Shown here in pieces: positions 26,473-38,159 of a stretch of 64,000 nt of DNA; within the stretch, counting starts at the first letter, position 1, and each line of letters begins with the position of its first letter. The position numbers were made by a program, and so were the translations under genes. The DNA is from Cycas panzhihuaensis (lineage: Eukaryota > Plantae > Cycadophyta). The stretch spans positions 164,555,741 through 164,619,740 of the forward strand of contig CM041465.1 in the NCBI GenBank assembly GCA_023213395.1, in the 5' to 3' direction. Below the pieces are notes generated by a model that was not told the origin of the DNA, ran no database searches, and was given only the letters and a program-made list of their open reading frames with translations.

Positions 26473-27309
26473 GAGTGTCCATCTATGTTAAGCAAGTACC
26501 CAATCATCGTTGGATCACATTTCGACTTCCTCATAGTTCTTTAGACTCACAGAGGAAAGTAACTCTCTCCAAGGAATGCAAATCATCTTTTCGGATCCTT
26601 AAATCAACATTTCCACTACAACAAGTCACACCAATTATGCAAAACATCCATATAGAACATCAAAAATATAGAGAAACACCTTTAAAAATGTTCAATAATG
26701 GCTATAGCAAAAGGAATAGTCCCTAGTACAACTACAACAACTTATACAAAGAGGAGTAGTTGGTAGGAATGATTTTAATAAAGAAGGAATGAGTGCTAGA
26801 ATGCTTAGTACAATGACACCTTTTGAGTATAATTTTCTCAATTCTTCGTCTTATTCCATTCTATCTTTTCCTCTTCTATAAGAGATCTCATCTATTAACT
26901 CCCAATTACATAGAATTCCCTTTTTTCCTCTCCTTTAGTACCACATCAATTGCTATTAGAGCTTACGATTAGGCCTCTATTAAGATTTTCCAGTCCTCTT
27001 CTTCCTCCCATCCTCTATAGACCAACATGGCCCACAGAGGTAAGCAAGTACATGAAAAATAAGAAATTGTATGAGATACAATAATGGATTCATCCCAAAG
27101 AATGCCCATAGATCCTTAAAGATTTGCCTTGATATTGTAGGATCCACTCAAACACCATAGTGATGCACAAGCATAGACGATGTACAATATGATGGTGACG
27201 TTCCAACAAATGATGACCTAGCAAGCTTAGCAAACCAAATAGGCTCCACACGGTCAGCAGGCAGTTGCACATAGGATTCCCATGGAAATCCCTCTTCAAC
27301 AACCTTAAT

Positions 27310-28050
27310 TTAAGTCAGACATCAGGATCACCATTCCTAATTTCAACATCACCATTAATATAAAGGCTTTGTATAGTTGGATTTGAAGCTTGGAGGCATA
27401 CTCCAAATTTCAACTGTTGAATGATGAATAGAAGATATCTATAGTTGAAATACATATGTCAGACCAAGCTTTAGTATGTTGGAAAACTTATATTAATGCC
27501 CATGCAACAATCATCGTGTGGGACAATTTTAAGCCACTCCTCCAAGACTGATTCTACCCTATTGGATACAAAGATGAACAAAAAAAGAATGGTTGCAACT
27601 TCTTCAACAAGCTAGACAAGTTGTACAACAATACATAGACATATTTAACAAAATAATCACCATGATGGAACCCAAAGACTCTAAGCATACTTTCAAGCCA
27701 AAGAGTCTAAGCAATTTATTCCTATTCATGCATCAAGAATTAGACCTTCCAACAATCCCCTCATTGGATCAAGCCTTCCAATATGCATTGAAACTTGAAA
27801 GTAAGCTTCATAGAGGAGACAACATTCTAAACTCCAACAACATCAACAATAGCCATAGTGGTAATAATATCAACAAAAACAATCTTTCCATCCTAGAAAG
27901 TGAAGAATTCTAACAAATCCTCCTCGACCTCAACAATCTCCAGTGGGAGAAGCTACTACTTTATATCAGTAGCTAAGGGAAAAGCTCGTCGCAAATATTG
28001 CACTCTCAATAAAACCAGTGGGTATGCTAATATCGAATGTTGAAAGTAGA
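27310..28050 (+). pseudogene. Degenerate Ty3/Gypsy gag (chromovirus/CRM-like)
   Basis: DIRITIPNFN...SWI*SLEAY...DQALVCWK...WDNFKPLLQD*FYPIGY...WLQLLQQ...VQQYIDIF, then a decayed knuckle YCTLNKTSGYANIEC. Confidence 0.75.
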
Positions 28051-30489
28051 AGGGACAATACAACAAAACCTTGGCAACAGAAGAAGTGGAAGAAACAATG
28101 AAGAAAAAACAATGAATGCTTTGTAGGCAACGATATGCATAAGAATTTTGGAATGTGTATTGGGAACTTGTCAACATCTCAATAGTTCAAGACGAAAGAA
28201 GAACAAACCCAATTGCTCACTGTGAAGGAAGATTGACAGAGAAGGCTTAGAGCCAGGTGCTAAAGATCACCATGAAGAAGGAGACACGAAGCTTCAAATG
28301 CAAGCTTCCCACAAAGAGGAACATTGCCCTAGCCATTAAAGGGGGAGCATAGACCACTGTGCGATGAGTGCAAAAAAACTATGTATAAAGAGAGCAAACC
28401 ATTAGACGTCAATTAAAGACAAGCTAAATGCAAAGAAGAAAATGCTAGATGAAGCTTGGTAGTCAAACCTTGAGGATGCAAAGTCATAGACCACCCAACT
28501 ACTCGATGAAGAAAATAAAGGAACAAATGAGAAGATGAATTGATCCCATGAAGACATGAAAATCATGCAAAATCTACCATGAGTCTGTCGTCAAAGCTTG
28601 TAGAATGGAAGAACCCCTAGTTGATTCAAAGAGACAAAAACAAGGAACAAATCCACCACACAAACACATAGAGATGAAAACAATAGAGCAAACCCACCAT
28701 ACAAAAAAATGTAGATAGAAAAAAAAAAGAATTTATTTAAGGTTTGACTAAAAATCCAATTTGGCATATTCTCTTTCTAAAAAGAGAACAAACTTTTTCA
28801 AATTGGAGGGTTATACCTTATGAAGGTGAATTTCCATCATTTTTATTAATTTAAAAGAAGATGAGGAGCAAAAAATTGATTAAAACTCATTTAACAATAG
28901 TGAAAACCACATCAACATTTATTTTTCAATTTGCAACAGGTTCAAGAGTTAAAATGGGAACCCACTTTACTCAACAACGAGAGATTTTAAAATGCTTGCA
29001 CTTAGCATTAAGACTATCAATAATTAAAATGTTGATATATACATGAGCATTAAGCCAAAATTATGGCATTCACATTTCCAAGAGCATTTACCTTATTCTC
29101 TATGGCTTTCTTCTTTAATGAATCTTGGCTATGCTTACCAGTGTCAATAGCATGTTCCAAGCATTAGAGAAGAACACTAGCTCTACCACAATTTACTCAA
29201 CGTGCTACCAATGGAATCAACCCTCAAATGCCCAAATCCTCCACCCTAGGCCATACACTGGGTTTCCTATCTTGATGGAACACCACTGGCAGATGATGAA
29301 CCATCGAGGAATAACTTGTGAATGCCACCAACAAATGATTGAGTTGATTTCCCTTAGAGATAATAGAAGAGATATATTCAACATAATTTCTCTTTAACAA
29401 TCCCTCTCACATTTAATCTGTAGAGACCTTTAGTGATAACCAAGCGACATGCTTCTTCACAACCCTTGTAAGTTCTCAAAGGTGGGAAACGTTCTCCATG
29501 GAACACCAATAATCAGACAACACATCAATTGGTATCTTGTCGCTGGTGCCATGTCTCATCAAAGTGCTACAAATACATACTTCGAAGCCTTTGAACGAGT
29601 TCTTAGAAACCAAAGTGAGGCCCACACACAAATGATGAGTAATATGATGTAGATGTTTCGACAGACGATGAACCAACAAGCAAGTATACTAGGAAACATT
29701 TCCCATTCTTTGCCACATATACAAGCAGATGCCACCAATGTCCTACTTCTATGGCACCTATAGACTTTGCAGTTCATTTCTCCAATTGGTTCTACCACTA
29801 GCACCACCATAAGTGCAACAACACTAGCAGAAGCAATCCCTACCTCCATCGCAGATCTCGATACAATCATCAATCTCAAAGATAATGGTGTCTTCTTTGC
29901 CTCTAATCATGCCACTAGATATTGTTGATCAACAACCTATGAATCTCATGTTAGATATCTCTTTGCCATGCAATTCTACAAAAGCACTGACACCACTAGT
30001 GATATTTGCATCATCAACCCATGAATAGGAAGAGCAGCCTTAGGTTTACCCTCGCACCTTGTTGATGAGTACAATGACAACTATGGTTTCAGATGGACGT
30101 ACAGGTATTCCAAACATTTCATAAAGTTTGCACCCAACACAAGCAACAAAGCACAACATCATGCCAATTGTACATCACATAGAGGAAGAGCATAATCAAA
30201 TCAACCCTACATCCTATAACTCTTCTTCAATGTTCATCAGACACACCTTTTAAGGCATCCCAATCTATGGCCACCAGAGATACCTAAGTTCTCCCATCAA
30301 TAGTTGACTTATTGAAGCAGCCAATGGTCATTATGCAGGATTCCTCATCTTCCCAAGTACTTCTTGGTACCAAGACATGCCATATAGCTTTATCTTCCTA
30401 CTTGGTAGACAAGGAGAATATAACAAGGTTCTCCCAAGCCATTATGGATCAGCTCTTGCATGTACATAGAAGTCCATGAAATTGGGATC

Positions 30490-30595
30490 AATTTCTCCTA
30501 AGGAAGGGAGGAAATGATAAGAATCACTTTCTCTTAAAACGGGGAGAAATTGGTAAAGGTAAATTTCTCCCAAAGAAGGGAGGAATTGATAAATT
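30490..30595. repeat. About 2.5-3 degenerate ~42-bp tandem repeats
   Basis: TTTCTC..AA.GAAGGGAGGAA.TGATAA recurs. Confidence 0.6.
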
Positions 30596-31249
30596 TTATT
30601 ATGTATATCATCTACCATGAATGTATACCATGTACTATAGTTGTACATACTTAGAATTAGATACCTTTTGGTCTGAATAAATGTATTTTGTAACGTAACT
30701 CCCAAGTCCTAGATAGAGTTCATAAAACTATACATTCTCAATTAGTTAGAGACTATGTTAATTAGGGAAAGTAACCATCAATAGCCACTTTCTCTTGTTA
30801 TAAATATACTTACATTGCATTATGAAATATATGGAAAATTACATATTAGAAAAGAAGAGATATATGAGCCAATTCTCTACATCTCTGTTAGAGTGGCATA
30901 GTTAAGGTTAACTACTCATGGTTAATGCTAAGTGGTGATTAATTAATGTTAAGCCAAAGGGCATGAATACCAAGAATTGCAACCATTGGCTAATACACTA
31001 GTTGGGGTGTTACATAAACTCCTAGGTGGCATTTGTAATATGGGTCAACCATATGAAGGAGGATGTATCAATCAAGATTGAAAGAAATTTAGCAGACCAT
31101 TATTCCTATGTGGGTTTCTTCCGAAAAGGGTTTTCCCATGCTAAAACTATCTATTGCGTACCTGTACTCTTCCATATGTGCTTGCATATATATGATCGAG
31201 ATCTTGGTAGTTCAGAAATGCAAGATTTGTGTTTCATATTTCTTTATAT

Positions 31250-31260
31250 GGTATCAAAGT
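31250..31260 (+). promoter_or_regulatory. Degenerate iMet PBS after a probable LTR end
   Basis: TTTATA|TGGTATCAAAG, with GGGTTTTCCC upstream, a motif common in LTR U5 regions. Confidence 0.45.
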
Positions 31261-33199
31261 TGAACGAATGTACATAGTTGAGGCTATTATTGGGTGGAGG
31301 TGATAAGATCGAAGGCTACTTGATAACACTGGTGACAACCCTTTTTGTGCAAGTTTTAATTTTCTTTAGCACCTAAATAGCATCATAATTGTGCAATGGT
31401 GATTGACGAGATGGAATTCACCTACCAATAAGAGTTTATCATTGTTTACGGTCATAAATTTGTGTTGGGCACTATCTGAACCGTGTTAGGCTTGTGTTGA
31501 AGTTTTATGGGGCTAGTCGGGCATGTTGGGCACTCTAATTGCCTATTGGGCCACATTTGAAGGTGACTTGGCAATGGTAGGTTGCATTGGGTTCATTCTA
31601 AGAGCATCTTGACTCCATTTAAAGGTCGTTTGGACACGTTGGGCATTTGTTCTTGTGCTTGGACAACAAAGAGGTTGTTGGCACATTCCATGGGCATGAT
31701 TGGATCTATTTGAGCAGCTTTTCAACTTGTGTTTGTCATGTGGTGATGCATTATGCTATATATGGACGTTTAGATCCTTGTTTTGGAGTTGATTCTCTTG
31801 TTTGAAGGTTGCTAATCCATTTATACCAGTAGGGATGTTAGCATGGCGTGTTGTGATTTGTTGAAAATATTGTGATTTATAATCGAAATTATCTTCTTCT
31901 CCAAGCTTACAAACCTTGGGTTATGATCGTAATTATTAATTGTTCATCTTAACATGTTTATTAAATCATGTATATGTTAAAAGTTGTGCCCACGTTTCCC
32001 AGGAGGAAGCCATTGCATGTTGGAGTCAAAATTCTTAATTGATAAGCGATTTAATCATTGGTTGGAAGCATGGATTTGAAGCATCAAGGAGTGGAGATGA
32101 TTTTGAGCATGTTGAAAGCCATGCAAAGCCAATTCAGAGCTTATGTGTTGCTTGTTTGGAGGCCATGTTTATCACACAAAGATGTTAGGAGTAATGTTTA
32201 ATATTGGGTTAATGTTAAGGCATCCCCTAGGTCTCTCATGTAATTGGACATGACCATTTCCCACAAGCTTTATTGTCTTATGTGTTTGCACATACTTTAT
32301 TATTTGATTCATTTATAGTTTATATCTTTAATCATCTTATGTTGTTACATATTATGTTATAATGCATATATCTTTTCTAACATGGTACTAGAGTAGGATA
32401 GTGTGATCCTAAGAAGCAGATTAGAGCATGAAGATTGAAGAGGCCTCATGAAGGAGACTTCAATCAAGGGTTTAGAGAAAAGAAGAGCCAAGGTTAACTT
32501 GCATTAGGAGAAATTTAATAACAAGATTTGATCATGATATATGGCCATCAATGATAGAGTGAGAATTCAAGATTGTTGATTCTATTTGGTGAGTTTGATT
32601 TATATGTGGACATTTATTTATGCATATGGTGCCTATATTAAACATGCAAAGTTGTTATGGTGAGTCCACAAGTATCAATTCATTTTCTGTCACGATTATT
32701 AATGCTATTGTTGAGAAAACTTAATTGGATGTGTTATCCTATATGCAAGCCAATGGGCAAACTGCATTAGTAATGCATATTGCAATTAAATGCTGAACTC
32801 TAACAATCTAGAGGTTAGTGGTGATATTGGATGAAAATATTACGGCAAATATTTTTTGCAGGATTGAAATAAGGGTTTGACATGTTTATTAGGCAAAACT
32901 CAAGAGTTTGATGGGTCAACAAAGATGGAGAAAATGTATCCCGTGATGCTGCCATGGAAAAAATACACCATTTACAGTTGATGCTCAGCAAAGGCCTAAC
33001 CTTTAGGGGAAGCCAAATTTGTAGATCTGAAGATGATTGACAATGAGGGCCATAGTTCTTATCTCCATGTGTTCTCTACAAGATTTTAAGAGAAAAGTAT
33101 ATAGAAGTTGCCATCTCTAGCGATGAATGGTGTGTTCGCGTTGATGTGAAGAGACGAGAGATATTCGCCAATTATCCTAGGCTTGATTTCTTCCATGTA

Positions 33200-33510
33200 T
33201 CTTTTAGTTGAATCAAATGCATAACCAGAGGTCGTGAGATTGTGAACAAGGTAGAAAATAGTGGGGATGCCAAACTTGATAGCAATGGCAGGAGCCTAGC
33301 ATTCTGTAAAGTTGTGGAAAAGCTTTCAAAGGGTTTTGCACTCTATTCAGTGTTTCTTTCAAAAGAAATGCCATCTCTATTGAGATGTCTATAGTGCACT
33401 CCACATCGGGCAACAGTCCCTCCACAGATGACAATGCCAATTCCACTAGAAGAATTTGGCTAGAAAAGTGGAGATGTGCCCCTACACAAGCTATGGAAAC
33501 ACTAGATGAT
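33200..33510 (-). pseudogene. UDP-glycosyltransferase (GT1/UGT) N-terminal fragment, decayed
   Basis: LVFP*LV*GHISTFL (cf. PWLAQGHISPFL), ILLVELALSSVEGLLPDVECTIDISIEMAFLLKETLNRVQNP and HNFTEC*APAIAIKFGIPTIFY, in canonical order with short deletions between them. Confidence 0.85.
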
Positions 33511-33556
33511 TTTTTGCCCCTAATTTAGGTGTCATGTGGGATTTGGGCAGCATCAT

Positions 33557-33559
<3 letters not shown>

Positions 33560-33611
<52 letters not shown>
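33560..33611. repeat. Compound (CT)n(AT)n microsatellite
   Basis: Directly visible. Confidence 0.95.
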
Positions 33612-35438
33612 AGGGAAAAGGCAATTGAGTATGATTTTGATGGATCACAGAGAAAAGCATTTGAGACTGTGCTAAGGCTCATTCCCATTGGACACCGCAT
33701 CTCAACACTTGTTTTGACACTTAAGAGTAAGCAGAGTAATGAATATGGCGATGTACAATACAACGAGGTGAGCGCTTACTTTGTATTTGACTTACTTCAA
33801 TGGGACATGCGCTAGGTATTCTCTTTTATCAACCTTCAATTCAACAGTTACCTGGTCCTACAACTTGTGTAGAGTGTGAGGGAGGTGAGCATGGTGTCAG
33901 GTTTATCAACGAAGATAAGCATGGAGCGACTGGATGTGTCGGATAGAGACAAAAGCACGCACTTGATTTTAATAATAGCAATAAACAAAAATTAGGTTTA
34001 AATGTTTAGTTTACATTTAATTAAATTGTTTATTAATCTTTGGTCTAGTTCATAGAGCCCCTAATGAGGTCACATGGACTTCTAATATGACCTGGAGAGT
34101 TTATAAGAGGGGCTTACTTTTTATTTTTGCCCTTTTTTTTTTTCGATGACCTACTAGCAGTGTTTCTTCTGTATCCTTTCACTGGAATGTCAGATCTGAA
34201 TGGCGTCAATTGTGCTGAGGAGATAGTTTAAACACAGTCGAAATGGGTAGTTATATGACCCCTCTTGAGTTTTCCATTAAGAAAATTTCAATCAAAAAAT
34301 TTGGTGCTTATATTCTTAGGCTTTAGAAAAGGGATTTCTTTTGGATAAAATTGTAGGCTTGGTTTATAGGCTGTGGAGAACCCATATTGTTTAAAATGTT
34401 ATATGAGAGGGAATTATTAATGTATTTAGTGGGGTTGTATTTTTTGTTTTATGTTAGTTGTTGGTCTTTGTAAGTTATATGAGAGTTGTATATGGAGGAT
34501 TGTTGAGAACAAGTATGAGGGGACCATTTATGGAGGCTTCAATATGTTGTTTTCAAAGAAAGAGACTAAAAGGAACCACTTGTGGAGGCTTTAATGAGAG
34601 GAAGTTGCTATGTTTCGATACTCAACTCATTAATTGGCCAAGTAGTTCGGCCTATTCCCAGAATGGTATTGATAGATGCCAATAAAACCATGTCCATGAA
34701 GGAGGTTCCTATAGAACTGGCAATTGCAACGGCTTGTTACCCATGCAATCTGGTAGATGGAGCTTTCTTTATACGGATGTCAACAAAATTTAGTTGGTTC
34801 AACAGCCTAAAGATACAACTTATACAAGTTGGAGATGTCCTCTATTTGATTCGGCATATTTTGAAGGAGGAGGTAGTTGTATGTTTGCCTTAATGAAAAT
34901 TTTAAGACAAAGGGTGTAGTGTGTCTTGACGTGACATTAAACATTATGAGAGGGTGTTAGCAGTAATGTTTAATGTTGGGTTAATGTTAAGGTGTCTGTC
35001 GACTCTCTCATGTAATATTAAATTGCATCATTAATGTGTGTGTATATGCACGTCCATGTATCATCTTAGTGGTGGTCATAATGGTTCTTATATATAGCAT
35101 TCCCAAAATAAAGAACAAGTTGGTTTTCTATAAATGGAATTACTATCAAGAAGTCGATTGTTAAGAGGATTAAAGAAAGACTCATTTAATATATTTTATT
35201 ATGAAGCTAGTTTTTCTAAAGAGAGAATTAAGAGTTGGTTTTTGAGAGAGAAAAATAAAGGCTATAAATAGAAAAGTCTTGATCATTTGTAAATCATTCC
35301 TGGAGAATTTATAATACTTGGGATAATGGCCTCGCACCATTAAGGCACATCCATGTCACTTGGAGGACTACTCTTGCCTCGAAGAGGCCTACAACTACTT
35401 GATATTATATCAACTTCTACTATCACTTTATTATTATT

Positions 35439-36287
35439 TGTTGACTTATGGTTTCCTATCTCCCTAATGAGATAAGGTCACTTGTCAAGGGATCACTGGT
35501 CAGTAGTCTAGCTTAGGATATGGTCAACATGCTTATATTCCCATTAAATATCATTAAGGTTTCCATGCAAATAGTGTTAGCACAAATTCATCACAATATC
35601 ATTATGAATTCCACACAATAGTACACCAATCAACATATATACTTTTATACAATCATTATGATACACATAATACATGATTTTCGACGTAACTCTTCACTTT
35701 ATTAAGCAATAAGGTTAATACATTCGGTTCTTGAACATATCCTATATACGTTCCAGCTGTATACACACTAATCTATCACGTATATTCCAAAACAGAATGT
35801 ATCATAGAATGCATCTGCTGAATCATCAATCTGTAATGTCCTCCTTGGTACTTGTACTCCTGTACTACCTCATGGATTGAATACTTGGCTCTCACCATTG
35901 GATTGATTTCTAAGGTATCATTAAATGCCTCCTTTTGATGCTTTTTGAGTGAAAGGTTATGACCCAAAGTCATAACCTTACCTTTTTGTAACCAATGCAT
36001 CTTTTCACTTAATCTCATGATTAAATCTCTTTAATGGTCTCTTTCCTGTCTATACGTACCTCCATCTAGGTTGGCGTCATCAGATCTGGGCACCTTTGGT
36101 TCTGCTCTGGTCATGCATACCATTCTGTCTGCTAGCGTACTTGAAAAGGTATGCATCCTGTATTGCATACCTGAAAAGGTACATACCTGTCATACATACT
36201 CGTATGGTTTGTACCTACATTCCACTGGTTAATACTATCTTGCATTCCATCTTTCCCATGGTTTATGTGCCAAAATATACCCCAACA
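35439..36287 (-). repeat. Gypsy 2 3' LTR
   Basis: Colinear with 52941-53847. Preceded on the minus strand by GGATAGA. Confidence 0.93.
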
Positions 36288-36379
36288 TCTATCCTGGATT
36301 GACAAAAATGGGTTGAACACCCTTGCTCATCAAAATTTCAAAAAGTTTTTAGGGTATCCTTCCTCCTCTTTGTTCTAAG

Positions 36380-37470
36380 GCTACTCCTGCTGCCTTTGTC
36401 CAGTCGTTGGGTCTCATGTGGCTAAAATCTCTTCATTAATCTAGGTAAGGGTTGCAATGACGGCATCCTTTTTGTTGATTTTTTTCTTGTAGGGTTGTTA
36501 TCTCTGCCTTGTATTCTTCCTCCATCTCCTTGATCAAACAAATTGTTTCTTGTGCTTTTCCCTCTATTTGAGTTGGTTGTGATGATGTTTCCCATGTCTC
36601 CATAGCAGGAGGAAATTCAATCCACTCCTCAAGTGAGGGTTCTCCCTCAGCTTCTTTCTTAGGTTTGTCTTCATCCTATCTCCTCTTAGAATTTCTTTGT
36701 ACCACTTGTACGGTATGGGATAGGAGTGCCTGGAGTCTGCTAAAGCCATTTTAAAATCTTCGTTATTTCCTTTTTCACTCGTCTTCTAATTTCCATATCT
36801 TGAATGTTTTCTGGAAATGCATTTACCCATTGTTTCATCAAGGGTTCATGTGGGCAGATGGGTGATTGAGGAGGTTGTATTCCCGAGCATTGATAAATCA
36901 AAATAGCCAATAATAGGGAGAGGTGTTTGAATGGATGTGTCATTATCCTATTTGTTGTATCATATTCAAAGCCAAAAATTCAGATCAATTTAGTTACTCC
37001 CTATTGCAAACCCTTGGTAATACTAGCATCATTCCTACTATAATGTATGTGTATTTCCTTTTGGATAAAAACCTTGTATTTACAACCTTTGCTATTTATT
37101 GCAATCTTATATCCTTGATGTCTGCTACACAAATACCACTTGATAATATCTGAGTATTTTCTTGAGAAAATTCCCTTAGCTGGGTTTTCTAGTCCACCTC
37201 TGACCTTTTGGTAGCAATTGGGACTTCTCCCTCTTTTGGAAGCACTGTGATTATGTGTATAGTCTCTGCATCCAGTTTAATTTTCTTCAAATATTTTTTT
37301 AACTCCAACAATATATTTTCCATCAACTCTTGGTCCCAGTAGAGAGGGCTTAGGTATATATATTCTCCCCAACCTACCAATTTCACTTTGGTTTTAAATG
37401 GAGCAAGTAATCCCTCCAATTCTTTCTTAGTTTAGGTAAGAACGTCTATTGGCACCCTATCGTCTTCATG
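36380..37470 (-). pseudogene. Gypsy 2 3' extra ORF (PMD/ATHILA-ORF-like plus coiled coil)
   Basis: EGLLAPFKTKVKLVGWGEYIYLSPLYWDQELMENILLELKK...LDAETIHIITVLPKEGEVP and HPFKHLSLLLAILIYQC...PHEPLMKQW. Confidence 0.78.
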
Positions 37471-38159
37471 CTAGGCACTCTATGGGAAATTTGGAAGCAA
37501 TGCAAGTATTGACAAGGAGAATAACAATATAGAACCCCACGTGCGTACCATTTTAGGAATAGGTGCTTATTCCTTGTCAAATTGCTTGAATTTCCGTCTT
37601 GAATCTACACTCCTCCTTTCCTTGAGGGTTTTGCTCCTTGCTAGATTGCTACTGGCTCTGAATTTCAGTTGTCTCCTCCTATTTTTCATTCGTGTACCAT
37701 ACGGGAATGCTTGCAGGTACATATAATATACTTTTGCCTTTTGGTTACTTTACTCTATGCACACCTGAGAACGTATTTTTTTGGTACACAGTGTATTTTT
37801 GGTCACTTATGCTATTATTACTTTGCGTACTTGGTAATGTACCTTTTTTGGTACATATAGTGTATTTGATAGGTATGTACACAGAATATTTGATTTTTTT
37901 GATGCATTTTTTCCTGATTTGTTTATCTTTCCCTTGATTTTTCTTATGATAGTATATTTTTCCTTCATGATTTACCATATTGCTTATTTGTATGATATGA
38001 GTTACAGTTGGTTTTTTTTTTCTCTTTTTTTTACTTTTTGTATTTTTTTTTCAATATTGAACTTAATCACATTTTGGTATCAAGGCAATCTAATTTGCCT
38101 TTAATTTCATGCAACACAATATGGTACAACCAACTGATTCGTTTGGTATGCTAACATAT

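Larger units (their letters stand above)
32183..35016 (+). mobile_element. Internally deleted Copia-like derivative (200-bp 5' LTR, PBS, PPT, partial 3' LTR)
   Basis: LTR TGTTAG...CTAACA at 32183-32382, PBS TGGTACTAGAG at 32383. PPT ATGAGAGGG then TGTTAGCAGTAATGTTTAAT... at 34955-35016 matches the first ~62 bp of the 5' LTR. Integrase-like remnant AIATACY at about 34720. Confidence 0.6.

Noticed and set aside
30689-31014. Solo LTR TGTAAC...GTTACA
   Set aside because: Flanks TATTT and TAAAC do not form a TSD, and there is no second copy in the window.
32935-33020. Second UGT N-terminus on the + strand (PVMLPW...LSKGLTFRG)
   Set aside because: Too short, frameshifted and lacking the GH motif. 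It may be chance.
35337-35352. CCATTAAGGC(A/G)CATCC shared with the mini-element interior (about 47382-47397)
   Set aside because: The match is about 16 bp and does not extend. It cannot be distinguished from chance without a search.
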